Shown here piece by piece: positions 1 to 9,277 of a DNA stretch of 60,441 nucleotides. The notes beneath the pieces are model-generated. The model had not been told where the DNA came from. It saw only the letters and a program-made list of their open reading frames with translations, and searched no databases. Location: the NCBI GenBank assembly GCA_031414595.1, contig JANNVX010000072.1, forward strand, positions 1 through 60,441, given 5' to 3'. The stretch's first letter is position 1, and the number at the start of each line of letters is the position of its first letter. The position numbers were made by a program, and so were the translations under genes. The DNA comes from Deinococcales bacterium. Its GTDB lineage: Bacteria > Deinococcota > Deinococci > Deinococcales > JAAFIG01.

Positions 1-85
1 CAGGACAGACACAGGGGTCTGTCCCTACAAAATCCATAAAAATACGTCAGGTAGGGGCGGACCCCCGTGTCCGCCCTGTGACCAA
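1..85. repeat. GTAG-type REP doublet (REPIN-like)
   Basis: Two hairpins, CAGGACAGACACAGGGGTCTGTCCCTAC and GTAGGGGCGGACCCCCGTGTCCGCCCTG, with GTAG/CTAC feet facing inward; close copies at 37969-38052 and 45695-45798. Confidence 0.85.
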
Positions 86-100
86 TTGTCTGTTTTTGGT

Positions 101-140
101 CTATTTGAAATCAGGAAGTTATTCTTGGACAGTTCCTAAG
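101..140 (-). mobile_element. putative IS/MITE terminus
   Basis: Reverse complement CTTAGGAACTGTCCAAGAATAACTTCCTGATTTCAA matches 60302-60337 at 31/36 nt. Confidence 0.5.
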
Positions 141-189
141 AGAAACAGCCTACCCCCAGCAAATAAGGTTTGTTATTGGTGTTCGTTCA

Positions 190-1353
190 TTACGGTAAAA
201 ATACAGAAACAGGCATTGGCTTATTGATAAGCGCGGTATCATCACCGAGTTGTCCAACATCATCATATCCCCATGCCAGCATTTTCCCATCGGATTTTAA
301 GGCAAGCGAATGATACCCACCAGCTGAAATAGCGCTAATGCTTGTTGCGCTCGAAACAGAAACAGGAATAGGATTATTGGCGAGTGTTACATCATTACCT
401 AATTGCCCTTTATCATCCTGTCCCCATGCAAACACAGTGTTATCAGATTTTAATGCAAGTGAAATTTCAGCACCGGCAGAAATGGCGGCAATACTTGTTG
501 TACCTGAAATAGAAACAGGAGTCGGTTTATAGACAAGTGTAGCATCATCCCCTAATTGTCCATAATCATCTGATCCCCATGCCAGCATTGTGCCATCAGA
601 TTTACGCGCAAGCGAATGATCGCCACCGGCAGAAATGGCGGTAATAGCCGTTAGTCCCAAGACAGGTACGGGCGTGGTTTTATGGTTTAGGGCAGCGTCA
701 TCACCCAATTGTCCTTTACTATCCACTCCCCATGCCAACACAGTGTTATCGGATTTTAAGGCAAGCGAATGTTGACCACCGGCAGAAATAGCAATAATAC
801 CCGTTGCACCTAAGACGGGAACAGGCGTGGATATGGCGGTATTGACGCTACCATCTCCTATTTGTCCACCGCCGCTCCATCCCCAAGCCAGCATTGTGCC
901 ATCGGATTTTAGTGCAAGCGAATGAAAATAACCCGCCGAAATAGCAATAATATTTGTTGCACCCAAAACAGGAACAGGTGTGGGTTTATCGTCGAGTGCA
1001 GCATTATTACCTAATTGTCCTCGAGCATCTGACCCCCATGCCAGCACTGTGCCATCAGATTTTAGTGCAAGCGAATGATAACCACCTGCCGCAACGGCAA
1101 TAATACCTATTGCACCCGAGACGGGAACAGGTGTGGGTTTATCATCAAGTCCAAAACCATCACCTAATTGTCCTTGATTATCACGTCCCCACGCCAGCAC
1201 TGTGCCGTCAGATTTTAAGCCAAGCGAGTGAAATGCACCCGCCGAAATTTTGGTGATAACCGTTGGCGTGCTTGGTGGCGGCGGTGGCGTGGTTGTTATA
1301 CACGAAAGAAGTGACGCGGACAGTCCAAGAGCTACAAATAGAATTTTTTGCAC
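190..1353 (-). CDS. RCC1-repeat (beta-propeller) lipoprotein
   Basis: GTG start with GGAGG RBS, lipobox-like LLSC, Pro-rich linker, seven ISAGxxHSLALKSDGTxLAWGxxxxGQLG repeats. Confidence 0.9.
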   Translation of the reverse strand: MQKILFVALGLSASLLSCITTTPPPPPSTPTVITKISAGAFHSLGLKSDGTVLAWGRDNQGQLGDGFGLDDKPTPVPVSGAIGIIAVAAGGYHSLALKSDGTVLAWGSDARGQLGNNAALDDKPTPVPVLGATNIIAISAGYFHSLALKSDGTMLAWGWSGGGQIGDGSVNTAISTPVPVLGATGIIAISAGGQHSLALKSDNTVLAWGVDSKGQLGDDAALNHKTTPVPVLGLTAITAISAGGDHSLARKSDGTMLAWGSDDYGQLGDDATLVYKPTPVSISGTTSIAAISAGAEISLALKSDNTVFAWGQDDKGQLGNDVTLANNPIPVSVSSATSISAISAGGYHSLALKSDGKMLAWGYDDVGQLGDDTALINKPMPVSVFLP

Positions 1354-1411
1354 ATTTCCTCCAGCATTCAGTGATGCCTATGTTTTGTATTTTCCGAGTC
1401 GAGAATTAACC

Positions 1412-2356
1412 TTAATTGAGTGTTTCTAGATAGGCTTTTATATCAGCCGTACTGGTTTCGACAAAGGTTAAGTTCTCGGTCAGATTAGCCGTTACAGTAA
1501 TGGTTTTCCGAGCAAGGTACTGTTTGCCACCATTAAAGGTGAGGGCGACAATTTCGGTATTTAAGCCAATTGGCACACCATTTGAGTCTTCATAGCTTTT
1601 GCGTTTGTTTGCGCCATCTTTGCTGTATAAGGCAATGACCGTATTGATACCTTGAGGAATCATGAAAACAATTGTATTGGCATCATTAATGGCATCAAAA
1701 GTAACGCGCAATGTGGTCTTAGTGCGTCCATCACTATAGAAAAAATCGCAGTTAATCCAGCCCTTATTAAAAATACTAAACACATACGAACCCGGAAGTG
1801 TGGTTTTATCAATGCCAAACTGTCCAGCAACTGGCTTCCAATTGACACTCGAGTCACCTGCGGCAAGTGGCGTAGGGTCAGCCACAAATTGCTGCATCCT
1901 ATCTTCTATCGCAGGTGTTCCAGCTGCGTTGGCTTTGAGTGGCACTGCCGCCGCTACGCCCTTGGCTGGATTGACATTGAGTGGCGCACCATCGGCTTCT
2001 TTTTTGAGTTCTAAGAAAAACATCCCACCCGAGACAAGTGGCTTTTCGCCAGCAACAGTCAGCACGTTACTGAGCAGCGCATCAGCTTTTGAAGCAATCT
2101 CACGGACTTGTAACACAGCATTACCTGTAAAAACCGAGCCATCGGGGTTGACCACTGAATCGTTGTTAAAAGTTAGGGTTGTGCCTTTAGTAAAACTCAC
2201 CTTAACGACTCCACTTCCAAGGGTAACAATTTTAGTTTGAATTGGTACGCCGTTGGCATCAAAGAAGGCTTGTGGATTGGCTGGCACTGGAATGATTGGT
2301 GGGGTACAGGCAGCAAGACCGAGGGCGAGGGCAGCAATGGTTAAAAACTTTTTCAT
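1412..2356 (-). CDS. hypothetical lipoprotein
   Basis: AGGAG RBS, signal peptide with LAAC lipobox, 314 aa, GWINCD motif. Confidence 0.85.
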   Translation of the reverse strand: MKKFLTIAALALGLAACTPPIIPVPANPQAFFDANGVPIQTKIVTLGSGVVKVSFTKGTTLTFNNDSVVNPDGSVFTGNAVLQVREIASKADALLSNVLTVAGEKPLVSGGMFFLELKKEADGAPLNVNPAKGVAAAVPLKANAAGTPAIEDRMQQFVADPTPLAAGDSSVNWKPVAGQFGIDKTTLPGSYVFSIFNKGWINCDFFYSDGRTKTTLRVTFDAINDANTIVFMIPQGINTVIALYSKDGANKRKSYEDSNGVPIGLNTEIVALTFNGGKQYLARKTITVTANLTENLTFVETSTADIKAYLETLN

Positions 2357-2476
2357 GATGGTTCTCCTAATAGGTACTACTTGAGAAGGCGGAAGTCTGG
2401 GGTTATTTTTTAGTGATGTGGCTCGAGATTTCTTGAACTGCTTGTGACAACCTCCTGTTGTGGACTTGTGAGGCAG

Positions 2477-2509
2477 AGCATAATTTTTAGGGTCTTAAAA
2501 CGGTCTTAA
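2477..2509 (-). promoter_or_regulatory. promoter with tandem TTAAGACC direct repeat (11-bp period) and -10 TATGCT
   Basis: GGTCTTAA at 2491-2498 and 2502-2509; on the minus strand the 3' repeat lies 8 nt before TATGCT (2482-2477). Confidence 0.7.
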
Positions 2510-2662
2510 GGGCTTCTCGAGAAGCGTTGGTCACTGCCCTCGAGTAGAAAAGTTGGTCAGTCCGACCTCCAAACGCCAAGATTTTTTAGCATCGCACCAT
2601 TAAGCGCCATGCCCGTCTACCAACTGTCTACTTAGTTAAATCTTAGTGATATACACTCAGAT

Positions 2663-4288
2663 TTAATGATTATACTCTTGGGTTTTCTCGAGAACCCAAT
2701 TGCTATAAATTCCATTTAGAAAACCATTTATTTTGGCTGTTGTATCTCGTGCATCGTAATCCCAGATAGCACTTGGATCGAGTTGATAAGCGCTTCGCAA
2801 GGAGGCAATGCTGTTTTGCCAGCCTAGTGCCAAACGCAAATCTCGGGTCAGTTTCCAAATCGCTTTCCGCGCACGATTTTTCTCAAGTTCAGACAACGCA
2901 TCTGCATAAAGTGCATCAGTAATTTGTTCTAAACTAGCTGTTCCGCCCTGCTCGAGAATAAAAACCAGTAATTCACCAATTCGACTGGTTGGTGATATTG
3001 GCACAGGACGCTGATTGACTTTGACTTGCAGCACACCCAAAGCCACAATTTCGACTTTGGTTTGCACAATGTACTCGAGGGTTATTGGTGGGGATTCCAG
3101 CAAGGCAAACAGGCTTGGAAAAGCACGGCGTTCTTCCCGCATTTGTAAAGTATTCAAAGGAATTTCTTGCAGTAGGTCGTGGGCTTTTTGATTATTCTCA
3201 GCCCGCAATTCGAGTTCGGCACGGGCAACAATGGCTAACTGCTGACTGTTGACATTTGCCAGTGGCACAGCATTATCAAGGTCTTTTTGGCAAAGGGCAT
3301 TTAAGCCCAATGCCAGTAAAGTCATGGCTCGAGTGACCAGCAAAGTAGGGATTGACCCATGCTTAAAAATAGCCGCTTCGATCACCTCAAGGGCTGTGCC
3401 AACTTGCCCCGCCAAACGCAATGTCCGAGCCAAACCCTGACGGGCAGCCAAGTCATCATCTAAATCTATGGCACAAGCGATGGCTTGATGCAGTAAAAAT
3501 TCGGCTCGAGCAAATTCGCCTTTGGAACGCCTGAAAGAAGCCAAGCCACGCAGCACCGCCGAGCGTAAACCCTTGGCTTGTGGTTTACGGGTCAGGTGTT
3601 CGGCAATCAAAAAATGTTGTTCGGCTTCTGGGTTCTCTATGCGTAAGGCATTATTACCAAGGTTAAAGCGAAGCCATGCCAAATAAAAATAATCGCGTTT
3701 GAAGTAAAATAGGGCTTGTGTGTAAAGTTGTTGAGCAACATCTGGTTGATTAGCAATTGCTTGGCAAGCAGCATAATCTAACAAGGTAAGACCATAAGCA
3801 CGTCCTTGTTGTAACTTGAGTGCTTCTTGAAAATAAAATTGCCAGTTTTGTTGAAGTCGAAATTGTGAAATTCCTAAACGTCGCAATGCAACACCACGAA
3901 GATGATCTTCTAAATAAGGGAGCGCCGAAAAAAGTATAGTTTGGCTTTCCGTGTGTTTGTTTTGGATAATCAAAGCGAATGCACGGTCAACAAGAATTTG
4001 TGCATTTGTTCTATCATCAAATAAACCAGCAACAGAATCTGTAAATTCGAGTAATTCTGGTACAAGACGATTACCCATTAAAACAGTTGCATAAGAAGCC
4101 GCGACTCGAGCCGAAGATAAACGAACATTTTCTGGAACAAGTTGTAAACAATTAAGGAGTGGTTTCCATTGGTCTTGGGATTGGATTTGTAATGTAAAGT
4201 CTAAAATCTTTGTAGCAGCTTCTTCGTAGCGCTGCTGAAAAATCAAATGTCGAACAATAAGTTGAATCCGAGTTATCGAAAATGACAC
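2663..4288 (-). CDS. TPR-repeat protein with C-terminal OmpR/SARP-like winged-helix domain (putative peptide-sensing transcription activator)
   Basis: Helical TPR-like repeats (e.g. YLAWLRFNLGNNALRI), then VEIVALGVLQVKVNQRPV...ELLVFILEQGG...ITDALY...LRLALGW...YQLDP. Start moved to in-frame GTG 4288 (GGGGG RBS) because the upstream extension overlaps a hairpin and the small gene. Confidence 0.8.
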   Translation of the reverse strand: MSFSITRIQLIVRHLIFQQRYEEAATKILDFTLQIQSQDQWKPLLNCLQLVPENVRLSSARVAASYATVLMGNRLVPELLEFTDSVAGLFDDRTNAQILVDRAFALIIQNKHTESQTILFSALPYLEDHLRGVALRRLGISQFRLQQNWQFYFQEALKLQQGRAYGLTLLDYAACQAIANQPDVAQQLYTQALFYFKRDYFYLAWLRFNLGNNALRIENPEAEQHFLIAEHLTRKPQAKGLRSAVLRGLASFRRSKGEFARAEFLLHQAIACAIDLDDDLAARQGLARTLRLAGQVGTALEVIEAAIFKHGSIPTLLVTRAMTLLALGLNALCQKDLDNAVPLANVNSQQLAIVARAELELRAENNQKAHDLLQEIPLNTLQMREERRAFPSLFALLESPPITLEYIVQTKVEIVALGVLQVKVNQRPVPISPTSRIGELLVFILEQGGTASLEQITDALYADALSELEKNRARKAIWKLTRDLRLALGWQNSIASLRSAYQLDPSAIWDYDARDTTAKINGFLNGIYSNWVLEKTQEYNH

Positions 4289-4321
4289 AAAATCCCCCAC
4301 TCGAGTATGACACAAAAATTT

Positions 4322-4345
4322 AGACGGAGTTTTATAACTCCGCCT
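4322..4345 (-). terminator. stem-loop between the peptide gene and the TPR regulator
   Basis: AGGCGGAGTT-ATAA-AACTCCGTCT inverted repeat on the minus strand; weak U-tail. Confidence 0.55.
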
Positions 4346-4361
4346 ATTACAACAAGAATAA

Positions 4362-4511
4362 TTATCCGCCAGTTCCAATTTTCGGTTCATCTTCGGCAAT
4401 AATCTGAACTGGGCTACTATGGCTCGAGAAATTGCTTGCCACAAATGCTATTGCCATTAAACTAAGAATTCCAGCGATAAAAAAGCGGTTGACTAAACGA
4501 ATTTGTTTCAT
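4362..4511 (-). CDS. 49-aa secreted propeptide MKQIRLVNRFFIAGILSLMAIAFVASNFSSHSSPVQIIAEDEPKIGTGG (putative signalling peptide precursor)
   Basis: Not in the supplied ORF track; AAGGAG RBS 7 nt before ATG; basic N-region, 16-aa hydrophobic core, polar linker and charged/Gly C-tail; TAA at 4364-4362. Confidence 0.8.
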   Translation of the reverse strand: MKQIRLVNRFFIAGILSLMAIAFVASNFSSHSSPVQIIAEDEPKIGTGG

Positions 4512-4613
4512 GGTATTTCTCCTTTTGGAACGAATGAGGGCGGATTCCGATAACTGTTTGATTTATTTTTTGGTGTTGACCTCCTTGGTGTTGCTGATGC
4601 CAAGAAGGTATAA

Positions 4614-4661
4614 AAAGACCCCTTAAACCACTCATAAGGGGTTAAGGGGTAGGTCTTAAAG
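4614..4661. promoter_or_regulatory. imperfect inverted repeat containing the TTAAGACC motif, upstream of the peptide gene
   Basis: AAGACC-CCTTAA...TTAAGGGG-TA-GGTCTTAA; GGTCTTAA at 4652-4659 is identical to the unit at 2491/2502. Confidence 0.55.
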
Positions 4662-4695
4662 GTTCTGCTGGATTATGTTTTTTGACTCGAGACAA

Positions 4696-4727
4696 CAAAA
4701 AACCCCAACTTTTAGGTTGGGGTTGGG
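4696..4727 (-). terminator. intrinsic terminator after the subtilase gene
   Basis: AACCCCAAC-loop-GTTGGGGTT followed by a T run on the minus strand. Confidence 0.8.
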
Positions 4728-4745
4728 GCTACCTTGAATTATGCT

Positions 4746-6419
4746 TTACGGCACTAGAATTCCTGCGATATTTAAGAGTCCCGCGCCGCATTTTGTGCTT
4801 AGGCAACTCTGAAAATTGGCTGTGCCAGATGGTATGGCGGTGCTGAGTAGTTTTTGCTTAAAGGTTTGGGGGGTGACTGCTAAACCGATATTCTGGGCGT
4901 AGTACAAACTAGCGGCAGCACTGACTTGTGGGGCGCTAAAGGATGTGCCAGAAAACACCCGCAGAGCGGTGGGCGGGGATAAATTATTGGCAGCCAAAGA
5001 CTGCACCACACCATTGGCGCTAACGCTGACGCTGCTGGCTTCGCTCGAGAAATCCGAAGCCCTAAAAATAGTGGTGGCTGGAATTTGTTCGACACTGGCA
5101 ACCGAAATTAAACCAGACACGGCTTCAAAACTGCCTTGGGCGGCAAGGCTGTGGTTGGCTGGAAAGTTCGGTGGTTTACTGACCACCAAGCCTTTATTTC
5201 CTGCCGAAGTGATAATGCTCATGCCTCTGGCGCTGGCTTCGGTTAGGGCGCTAAACAGTAAACTCGAGGGGTATTTAGAACCTAGGCTGAGGTTAATGAT
5301 TTTGACTGGGCTACTTCCAGTATTCAGGCTAATGGCGTAGCAAACACCCATGACCACACTCGAGTTGCGGCAACGTCCGGCTGCCCCTTCACAGGTTTTA
5401 ATTGGCACAATCATTTTGTCCATTTGGGCGGTGTAGGCGCTCGCCATTGGTGCAAAGGTTTTGAGGATTGTAGCGCCAATAACGCCAGCTACGGCAGTAC
5501 CATGCCCAACCATACTCGAGGTGATTGGTGTACCATCGGCGCTGCGTTCGGTGGCGAGGTCGGAAACATCGGTCATCGTGCCTTCGCTGGTAAAATTACG
5601 AGCTGCTGCCGTGTCTATAAAATTCTTTCCGCCGAAAATAGCAAAAACTGGATGAGGGCTAACACCAGAATCAAGCACTGCCACTCGAGCGGTGCTTAAA
5701 TCGGTGGGAATAGCGGCTGGGCGCACCTCTGGAACAACCTCGAGAGATAGCATTTGGCTTAAGCCTGAGCTTGGTTCATCGGCAATGTACTTGGCATTTA
5801 AGTCAAAAATCACATCTGGCTCGAGTGTGGCTAGGCTGCGCTGTAAGGCATTTAAGCCGTCTATTACAGAACGCCCGATGGTGTTATCGGCTAAGACAAC
5901 CAATGTCTGACCACAAACACTGCTGCTGTTTAGCACAAATGGTTCTTGGGTTTGGGTAACACTAAAGTTTGCCGCACCAATGGCAGCTAGAACTGCTGTT
6001 CGGTTAGCGTTGGGCTTAAAAGCCAGTAAACCACCACTTCCAAGAATGTACTGATTGCGTGTGGACACAGCCCCATAATCAGCTTCAGATAAAACATCAG
6101 CTAACTCGAGGACGGTTATTCCAGCTTGAAGCGTGGTGTTTGCAGCAGTGTTATTGACTTGCAAGGTATATGTGCCACTTGGTATAGCGCTGAGAATTTT
6201 GACTTTTACAAAAGTGCCGTTGGGGTCGGTCTCGAGAATCTGGGTGGCTTGCCCAGCAATCAGTACCGATTGTGGAAATAATTGTTGACCTTCGATTAAG
6301 AACTCGGTGCTGCTGCTTGAAACGAGGGTACTTGGGTGTAATTTTGGGGCAAGATTGACGACTGGTCTGAGGCAAGCCGTTAAGCCAAGCATCAGGATAA
6401 GCCAAATAATTTTTTTCAT
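4746..6419 (-). CDS. S8 subtilisin-like serine protease, lipoprotein
   Basis: LTAC lipobox; catalytic motifs VLDSG, GHGTAVAG, SAGN, GTSFSAP. Confidence 0.92.
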   Translation of the reverse strand: MKKIIWLILMLGLTACLRPVVNLAPKLHPSTLVSSSSTEFLIEGQQLFPQSVLIAGQATQILETDPNGTFVKVKILSAIPSGTYTLQVNNTAANTTLQAGITVLELADVLSEADYGAVSTRNQYILGSGGLLAFKPNANRTAVLAAIGAANFSVTQTQEPFVLNSSSVCGQTLVVLADNTIGRSVIDGLNALQRSLATLEPDVIFDLNAKYIADEPSSGLSQMLSLEVVPEVRPAAIPTDLSTARVAVLDSGVSPHPVFAIFGGKNFIDTAAARNFTSEGTMTDVSDLATERSADGTPITSSMVGHGTAVAGVIGATILKTFAPMASAYTAQMDKMIVPIKTCEGAAGRCRNSSVVMGVCYAISLNTGSSPVKIINLSLGSKYPSSLLFSALTEASARGMSIITSAGNKGLVVSKPPNFPANHSLAAQGSFEAVSGLISVASVEQIPATTIFRASDFSSEASSVSVSANGVVQSLAANNLSPPTALRVFSGTSFSAPQVSAAASLYYAQNIGLAVTPQTFKQKLLSTAIPSGTANFQSCLSTKCGAGLLNIAGILVP

Positions 6420-6450
6420 AGTTTCTCCGTGTCAGCAAAAAAATCTGCGT

Positions 6451-9189
6451 TTAAGAACGCAGCGACTCGAGTTTAGCAGTGACCTCAGCTAGGTTATCAT
6501 GAATGTCTGGACGCACTGGAAGATGGCTATTCTCCAAGGTCTGAATGGCGTTTTGGTATTGCTGTTGCGCCATTTCAAATTGCCCAAGTTCAAAGTAGGT
6601 TACGCCCAAATTATTGAACGCAATGGCAATCCCAGTTGGATTTTCAAAACGTTGTTGCAACCCTAAACTGCGTTCTTGAAACTCGAGGGCGGTGGTCAAT
6701 TGATTCTTTGTGCCGTAAAACATCCCAAGATTGGTTAAAGCCCTCGAGACCCCATGCAGGTCGCCGTTGGTTTCGCGTAAATGCAGACATTCCAGCAGAT
6801 GCTTTTCGGCTTTGCTGTCGTTTAGGGCGGTATAAACCAAGCCCAACCCGCCAAGTGAATCGGCAAGCCTGACCGAATCGCCAAGTACCCGCCGAATTCT
6901 TTGGGCTTTTTGGTAATACACAAGGGCATTGGTATAATCTTTATTGTTGTACTCGAGTGAACCGAGTAAATTATAGGTCTGACTGATGGCGCTCTGGGCG
7001 GCACTGCTGGCAATACCGCCTAACAAATCAAGGGCTGTTGCTAAAAGCCTTGCAGATTGCACAAAATCACGGTATTCGCGTTGCAAAATCCAGACTCGGG
7101 TATTGAGTAACTTAGCTTGCAGCACAGGTTCTAGTATCGCTGTGATGCTCTGGGCAGTCTCGAGTTCTTCAAGGGCTTCTTGGTAACGCCCAAAACTTTC
7201 TAGGGTATTGGCAGTCTCTAAGAATACTTCGGCTCGAGCTTCTGGGCTTCGGGCAATACTTAAACTACGCCCTAACCACATTTGGGCAAGCGCCAAATCA
7301 CCACGTTGGGTTTGGATTTGAGCCAGTTCAAGAAAGGCATGAAAAGCGCTTTTTTCGTCTTTTTCATCCCAGACACTGCGAGCTTCCCAATAATGCCGTG
7401 CGGTGTTGTGGTTTTTGATTTGCGTCGCCCGAAAATGCAGCAAACTGCGCCGTGAAGCCGAAATGTTTTGGTCCAAGACCTCGCGCACAATATCGTGTGC
7501 AAAACCAATTTGTGTGGCGGTTTGACTAATCAGCATGGCATGCCCTAATTCCTCGAGTGCCGCATTTAATTCATCCAACGAACGCCCCGAAACAATTCGG
7601 AGTTCTGCCAGTGTCGCCAGCCCATAAATACACAACGCCTCGAGAATCTGCCGTGCAAGTTCGCTTAAGTTATGCAAGCGCGAACCCACCATTTCCGAGG
7701 TTTTACTTTGTGCATCTGGGGCAAAACGCAGCAATTCCAAAACAAAAAAAGCATTGCCGCCAGAACGTTTTTGTAAAGTAGCAAAGTCTAGGCTGTCCGT
7801 CCCGATGGCTCGAGCCATTTGCATCATGGCGGTTTCGGATAAAGCACTTAACGCCAAAAACTTTGCATGGTGCGCCTCGAGAACCGCCTTGATATTGCTG
7901 CGTGGCGTTTGGGTGTTGCGTTGGGTCAGTAGTAAACGCAAGTCTGGTATTGGGCGCTCGAGCAGAAAAAGCACAAACTCGAGGCTGCTCGAGTCTAACC
8001 ATTGGGCATCTTCAAGCAGCAGTAGGCTAACTTTACAATGGGTCAGTAATACTTTAATGGCTTGAAACAAGACAATCCGCTGACTCGAAAAGCGCGACTC
8101 GAGTAAACTGCTTAAAACGGCTTGTTCGGTTGCCGCTAAAACACTTAAAGCATCAGGAAAATCTTTTAAGCACTCCTGCACCAGCATTTCTAAAAGCGCA
8201 AAGCCAAGGCTTTCTTGGTGAGAACTTAAGCAAATTGTGTAACCCCCAGTAAGCCGCATAACCTCGAGTGCCAACCGTGTTTTTCCTGCGCCCGGCTCAC
8301 CAAGAATCACGGTTGCTTGACCAGCTTGTAAAAAGTTTAGAACCTGCTCGAGTTCTGATTCACGTCCAATCAAGGTTAATTCGGTCTTGGTTATTGGTGC
8401 AGGAATGAGCTGCTGCCCCAACTCGAGTTGCAAGGCTTTTTTACACGCCTCGGGTTGTTCGGAGCGAATGAGTTCAAGCGCCTCTAAGGTACGCCTGCTT
8501 GGTTCAACCCCAAGCTCTTCGAGCAGTAATGTACTGATTTGCGTAAACACCAAAACACCTTGGTCTGCCAGCCCAATTGCTCCAAATGCCAGCATCAAAT
8601 ACCGCGCTGCATCCTCGAACGGGTCGCCATCGGTTGTTTGACTGACTTTAAGAAAGGTTACGGCTGCCTTGTACTCACCAAGCCTGATTTGTTGCACCCC
8701 AAGCCGCACTGCAAATTCTCGACGCTCTAAAATCAAGGTTTCTCTGGTGGTCAATAACCATTCTTCAAATTCTGCCCCTAAACCCATTTCCCAATCGGTT
8801 AAGCGTAAACCTGTCAAAAATGCACCGCGCCATAAATCCCAAACCGAACCATCCAAAGCCGCCATGCCGTTTCTGAACTCGAGGACATCACAAGAAAAAC
8901 CTGTTTGTAAGGCAAAAAACTCTTGGTTGGTGTCCAACACACCCTTACCCAAGGCTTTCTCGAGGGTGTTACGCGCCACCGATAAGTTATTCAAAGCGTT
9001 CGGCGCATCCGCCCAGAGCATGATGCCCAGTTCACGCCGCGAAATCCGCCCACCAAGTGCGGCAATTGCCAGCATCGCAAGGGGTTTAACCCCCAGTTTA
9101 ATGGCTTTTTGACCCAGAAAAACACCTGCCGCACCCAGTAACTCGAGTCTTAAGGGTGATACAACAACGCTTTGGGCTACGACCTGCAT
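6451..9189 (-). CDS. SARP/BTAD-type regulator with AAA ATPase and TPR domains
   Basis: N-terminal LELLG...wHTH/BTAD (ELGVEPS), Walker A GEPGAGKT, LEDAQWLD, GGNAFF, FAHDIVRE, C-terminal TPRs. Confidence 0.9.
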   Translation of the reverse strand: MQVVAQSVVVSPLRLELLGAAGVFLGQKAIKLGVKPLAMLAIAALGGRISRRELGIMLWADAPNALNNLSVARNTLEKALGKGVLDTNQEFFALQTGFSCDVLEFRNGMAALDGSVWDLWRGAFLTGLRLTDWEMGLGAEFEEWLLTTRETLILERREFAVRLGVQQIRLGEYKAAVTFLKVSQTTDGDPFEDAARYLMLAFGAIGLADQGVLVFTQISTLLLEELGVEPSRRTLEALELIRSEQPEACKKALQLELGQQLIPAPITKTELTLIGRESELEQVLNFLQAGQATVILGEPGAGKTRLALEVMRLTGGYTICLSSHQESLGFALLEMLVQECLKDFPDALSVLAATEQAVLSSLLESRFSSQRIVLFQAIKVLLTHCKVSLLLLEDAQWLDSSSLEFVLFLLERPIPDLRLLLTQRNTQTPRSNIKAVLEAHHAKFLALSALSETAMMQMARAIGTDSLDFATLQKRSGGNAFFVLELLRFAPDAQSKTSEMVGSRLHNLSELARQILEALCIYGLATLAELRIVSGRSLDELNAALEELGHAMLISQTATQIGFAHDIVREVLDQNISASRRSLLHFRATQIKNHNTARHYWEARSVWDEKDEKSAFHAFLELAQIQTQRGDLALAQMWLGRSLSIARSPEARAEVFLETANTLESFGRYQEALEELETAQSITAILEPVLQAKLLNTRVWILQREYRDFVQSARLLATALDLLGGIASSAAQSAISQTYNLLGSLEYNNKDYTNALVYYQKAQRIRRVLGDSVRLADSLGGLGLVYTALNDSKAEKHLLECLHLRETNGDLHGVSRALTNLGMFYGTKNQLTTALEFQERSLGLQQRFENPTGIAIAFNNLGVTYFELGQFEMAQQQYQNAIQTLENSHLPVRPDIHDNLAEVTAKLESLRS

Positions 9190-9277
9190 TTGATTTCGAT
9201 CATGACATATTTAATGCCACTAAAACCAATCAAAAAACAGGTTTGAACGTTTTTAGACTGACTTGCGTATTTAGAGC

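Noticed and set aside
190-1260. Periodic ~150-bp DNA repeats as a non-coding array or DGR template
   Set aside because: Fully explained by RCC1 protein repeats; no reverse transcriptase in the window.
4289-4444. N-terminal extension of the 593-aa TPR ORF
   Set aside because: It overlaps the RBS-supported peptide gene and a hairpin; GTG 4288 is the better start.
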